In this document: piece by piece, positions 61,424 to 63,373 of the stretch
How the letters are laid out: each line of letters begins with the position of its first letter
How positions within the stretch are numbered: position 1 is the stretch's first letter
Assembly: GCA_016220175.1 (NCBI GenBank)
Contig: JACRHZ010000075.1
Span: 1 to 63,373 of the forward strand
Reading direction: 5' to 3'
DNA from: Candidatus Peregrinibacteria bacterium
Lineage (GTDB): Bacteria; Patescibacteriota; Gracilibacteria; CAIRYL01
DNA length: 63,373 bases
The notes under the pieces: model-generated
What the model saw: only the letters and a program-made list of their open reading frames with translations
The model's database searches: none
Told to the model about the DNA's origin: nothing
Translations under genes and position numbers: made by a program

Positions 61424-63169
61424 TCACGTATTATCCATCACTGCTCCTGTATCTGCACTCTGGACATGCTCCGCATATCTTCCGAGCCATCCTTTTTTCA
61501 CCTTTTTTTCAAACGCCGGAAGTTTTTTCAGTCGGAGAGCGATGTCCTTCTCCGAAACTTTCAAATTCATCGTTCGTGCCGCTACATCAATTTCAATAAT
61601 GTCTCCATCTTGAATTGCCGAAATTGGTCCTCTTGCTGCGGCTTCTGGAGAAATATGTCCAATGCAGAGTCCACGCGTTCCCCCGGAAAATCTTCCATCA
61701 GTAATGAGTGCAGCGCGAATCCCTCTTCCTTTGAGTGCAGACGTTGGAGAAAGCATTTCCTGCATCCCCGGACCGCCTCGGGGTCCTTCATACCTGATCA
61801 CCACGACATCTCCATCGGAAACTTTGCCATCCAGAATTGCTCGAAGTGCCTCCTCCTCAGAATCATAACACACGGCTTTTCCACTGTACTCCATCATGTC
61901 AGGCTCCACGCCGGCAGTTTTTACGACTGCTCCATTCGGCGCAATATTGCCATGAAGAATTGCGAGGCCTCCTTTTTCAGAAAACACATTTTTCCCGGTG
62001 CGAATGATATCTTCGTCGGCATCTGGCGCAGATTCCACAATCTCCCGCAGCGAGCCTGCACAGGTTTTGAGATCTAAATTGAGTGGTGCTCTCCCATCTT
62101 TCAATATTGCTTTGAGAATTGCCGGAATTCCTCCGACTCGATGTACATCTTCTACATGCACATCTGGTCTGGAAGGCGAAACTTTGCAAACATTCGGTGT
62201 TATGTTTGAAAGCTCATCAATTCGTTTTAAATCATATTTGATTCCAGTTTCGTGAGCGAGCGCGAGCGTATGGAGCACGGTATTTGTCGAGCCGCCCATT
62301 GCAAGATCGAGAATAAAGGCATTGTCAATTGCGGCTTCGGTCACGATATCGCACGGACGAATGTTATTTTTCAAAACATATTCCACCGTATCGGTAGCTT
62401 TTTTGATCAGTTCAATGCGTTCTGGATTTACTTCCCACGTCATTTTTTCTCTATCAGTCCAACGCGCCGCGGGAATACTTCCATTCCCAGGAAGAGCGAG
62501 TCCGATGGCTTCGGCAAGACAATTCATAGAATTTGCGGTAAACATGCCGCTGCAACTTCCACATGTGCGACAAGCCTCTGATGCGAGTTTTGTAAGGTCA
62601 TCTTCGTTCATTTTATGAGCGGCATTTTTTCCCACGCCCTCAAACACCGTGATGAGATCGGATTTATTTTTTCCTGCGAGCATGGGACCTCCGCTTACAT
62701 ATACAGAAGGAACGTTCAGCCTCACCATTGCATTTAACATTCCTGGGACAATTTTGTCGCAATTCCCAATGCCAATCCATGCATCGCACGGATGCGCTCC
62801 CACAATGGTTTCAATCTGATCAGTAATAAGTTCACGTGAAGGAAGAGAATACTTCATGCCAAAATGTCCCATGGCAATTCCATCATCAACCGCGCCTCCA
62901 ATATTGCAGTACCACACGTTGTATCCTTTTTGTTTCAGTTCCTGTACGATAATTTCTCCAAGTACATTCAAATGCGCATGTCCGGGAATATGTGTTGTAT
63001 ACGAATTCACCACTGTTATAAATTGTTTTTTTCGATCAGAAATTTTCTGGAGTACTCCAGCCGCCATCATAAGCGATGCTGCCGGAAGCGTATGAATTCC
63101 TTCCCCGACAATTCTGCTTCCGCGCTTTTGAATATCTGCAAAGCCTTTGTTGATAGGATCATGGGACAT
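61424..63169 (-). CDS. ilvD: Dihydroxy-acid dehydratase
   Basis: DDGIAMGH, CDKIVPG, GGSTN, GGPGMQEM, TDGRFSG motifs. Confidence 0.97.
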   Translation of the reverse strand: MSHDPINKGFADIQKRGSRIVGEGIHTLPAASLMMAAGVLQKISDRKKQFITVVNSYTTHIPGHAHLNVLGEIIVQELKQKGYNVWYCNIGGAVDDGIAMGHFGMKYSLPSRELITDQIETIVGAHPCDAWIGIGNCDKIVPGMLNAMVRLNVPSVYVSGGPMLAGKNKSDLITVFEGVGKNAAHKMNEDDLTKLASEACRTCGSCSGMFTANSMNCLAEAIGLALPGNGSIPAARWTDREKMTWEVNPERIELIKKATDTVEYVLKNNIRPCDIVTEAAIDNAFILDLAMGGSTNTVLHTLALAHETGIKYDLKRIDELSNITPNVCKVSPSRPDVHVEDVHRVGGIPAILKAILKDGRAPLNLDLKTCAGSLREIVESAPDADEDIIRTGKNVFSEKGGLAILHGNIAPNGAVVKTAGVEPDMMEYSGKAVCYDSEEEALRAILDGKVSDGDVVVIRYEGPRGGPGMQEMLSPTSALKGRGIRAALITDGRFSGGTRGLCIGHISPEAAARGPISAIQDGDIIEIDVAARTMNLKVSEKDIALRLKKLPAFEKKVKKGWLGRYAEHVQSADTGAVMDNT

Positions 63170-63240
63170 GCGATGTCTTCGAAAGTAATACAGAAAGTGA
63201 TGATATTCTACGGAGCTCCCATGAAAAGTAAATAAGGAAA

Positions 63241-63373
63241 ATTCAAGGATTATAAGCACCACCCCTAGAGGAGATCAGAAATGACTTCATTTGGAGTACG
63301 ATATCGAAGTGATTTTCTTGGTCTGTCGTTGAGTTTTTCTTGTACTGCATAGATTTTTTCTTCTGATACTTTG
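63241..63373 (-). mobile_element. 3' end of an IS30-family element (transposase C-terminus 63265->63373 plus right end)
   Basis: ...EKLNDRPRKSLRYRTPNEVI..* is a typical IS30 C-terminus, followed by GGTGCTTATAATCCTTGAAT, an IS30 IR-like end. Confidence 0.8.

Overview
A 63 kb chromosomal segment from a low-GC (~38-40%, estimated by eye) bacterium. It uses the standard code and has AT-rich starts mostly without Shine-Dalgarno sequences. Gene content (TrmB regulator, archaeal-type ppcA and NMN adenylyltransferase, pilT) suggests a CPR/Patescibacteria lineage such as Peregrinibacteria; this is inference. Most of the window is housekeeping and biosynthetic genes (aspS, eno, uvrC, rlmN, rlmH, glyA, pyrBC, recA, tgt, proS, proC, prmC, ilvB, purF, tsaD, rpiB, rpe, mutY, ilvD). 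These are interspersed with REP-like palindromes, heptamer microsatellites, a RAYT, two RelE-type toxin-antitoxin pairs and a HEPN gene. The hotspot is ~28.9-32.7 kb, which holds three notable elements. (1) A promoter-driven structured RNA containing a 71-nt tmRNA-like tRNA domain (G3.U70, encoded CCA, no mRNA-like domain) plus its own antisense segments, upstream of a urea transporter. (2) A complete IS110 element whose bridge-RNA guides, CT core, hairpin target and circle-junction promoter can all be read directly from the sequence. (3) A stand-alone group II-like reverse transcriptase with no intron domain V, preceded by a ~290-nt multi-hairpin RNA bounded by 13-nt direct repeats and a CIRCE-like operator. 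A second candidate system at 57-61 kb pairs two tiny Lys/Arg-rich peptides with a HExxxH peptidase and an ABC exporter.
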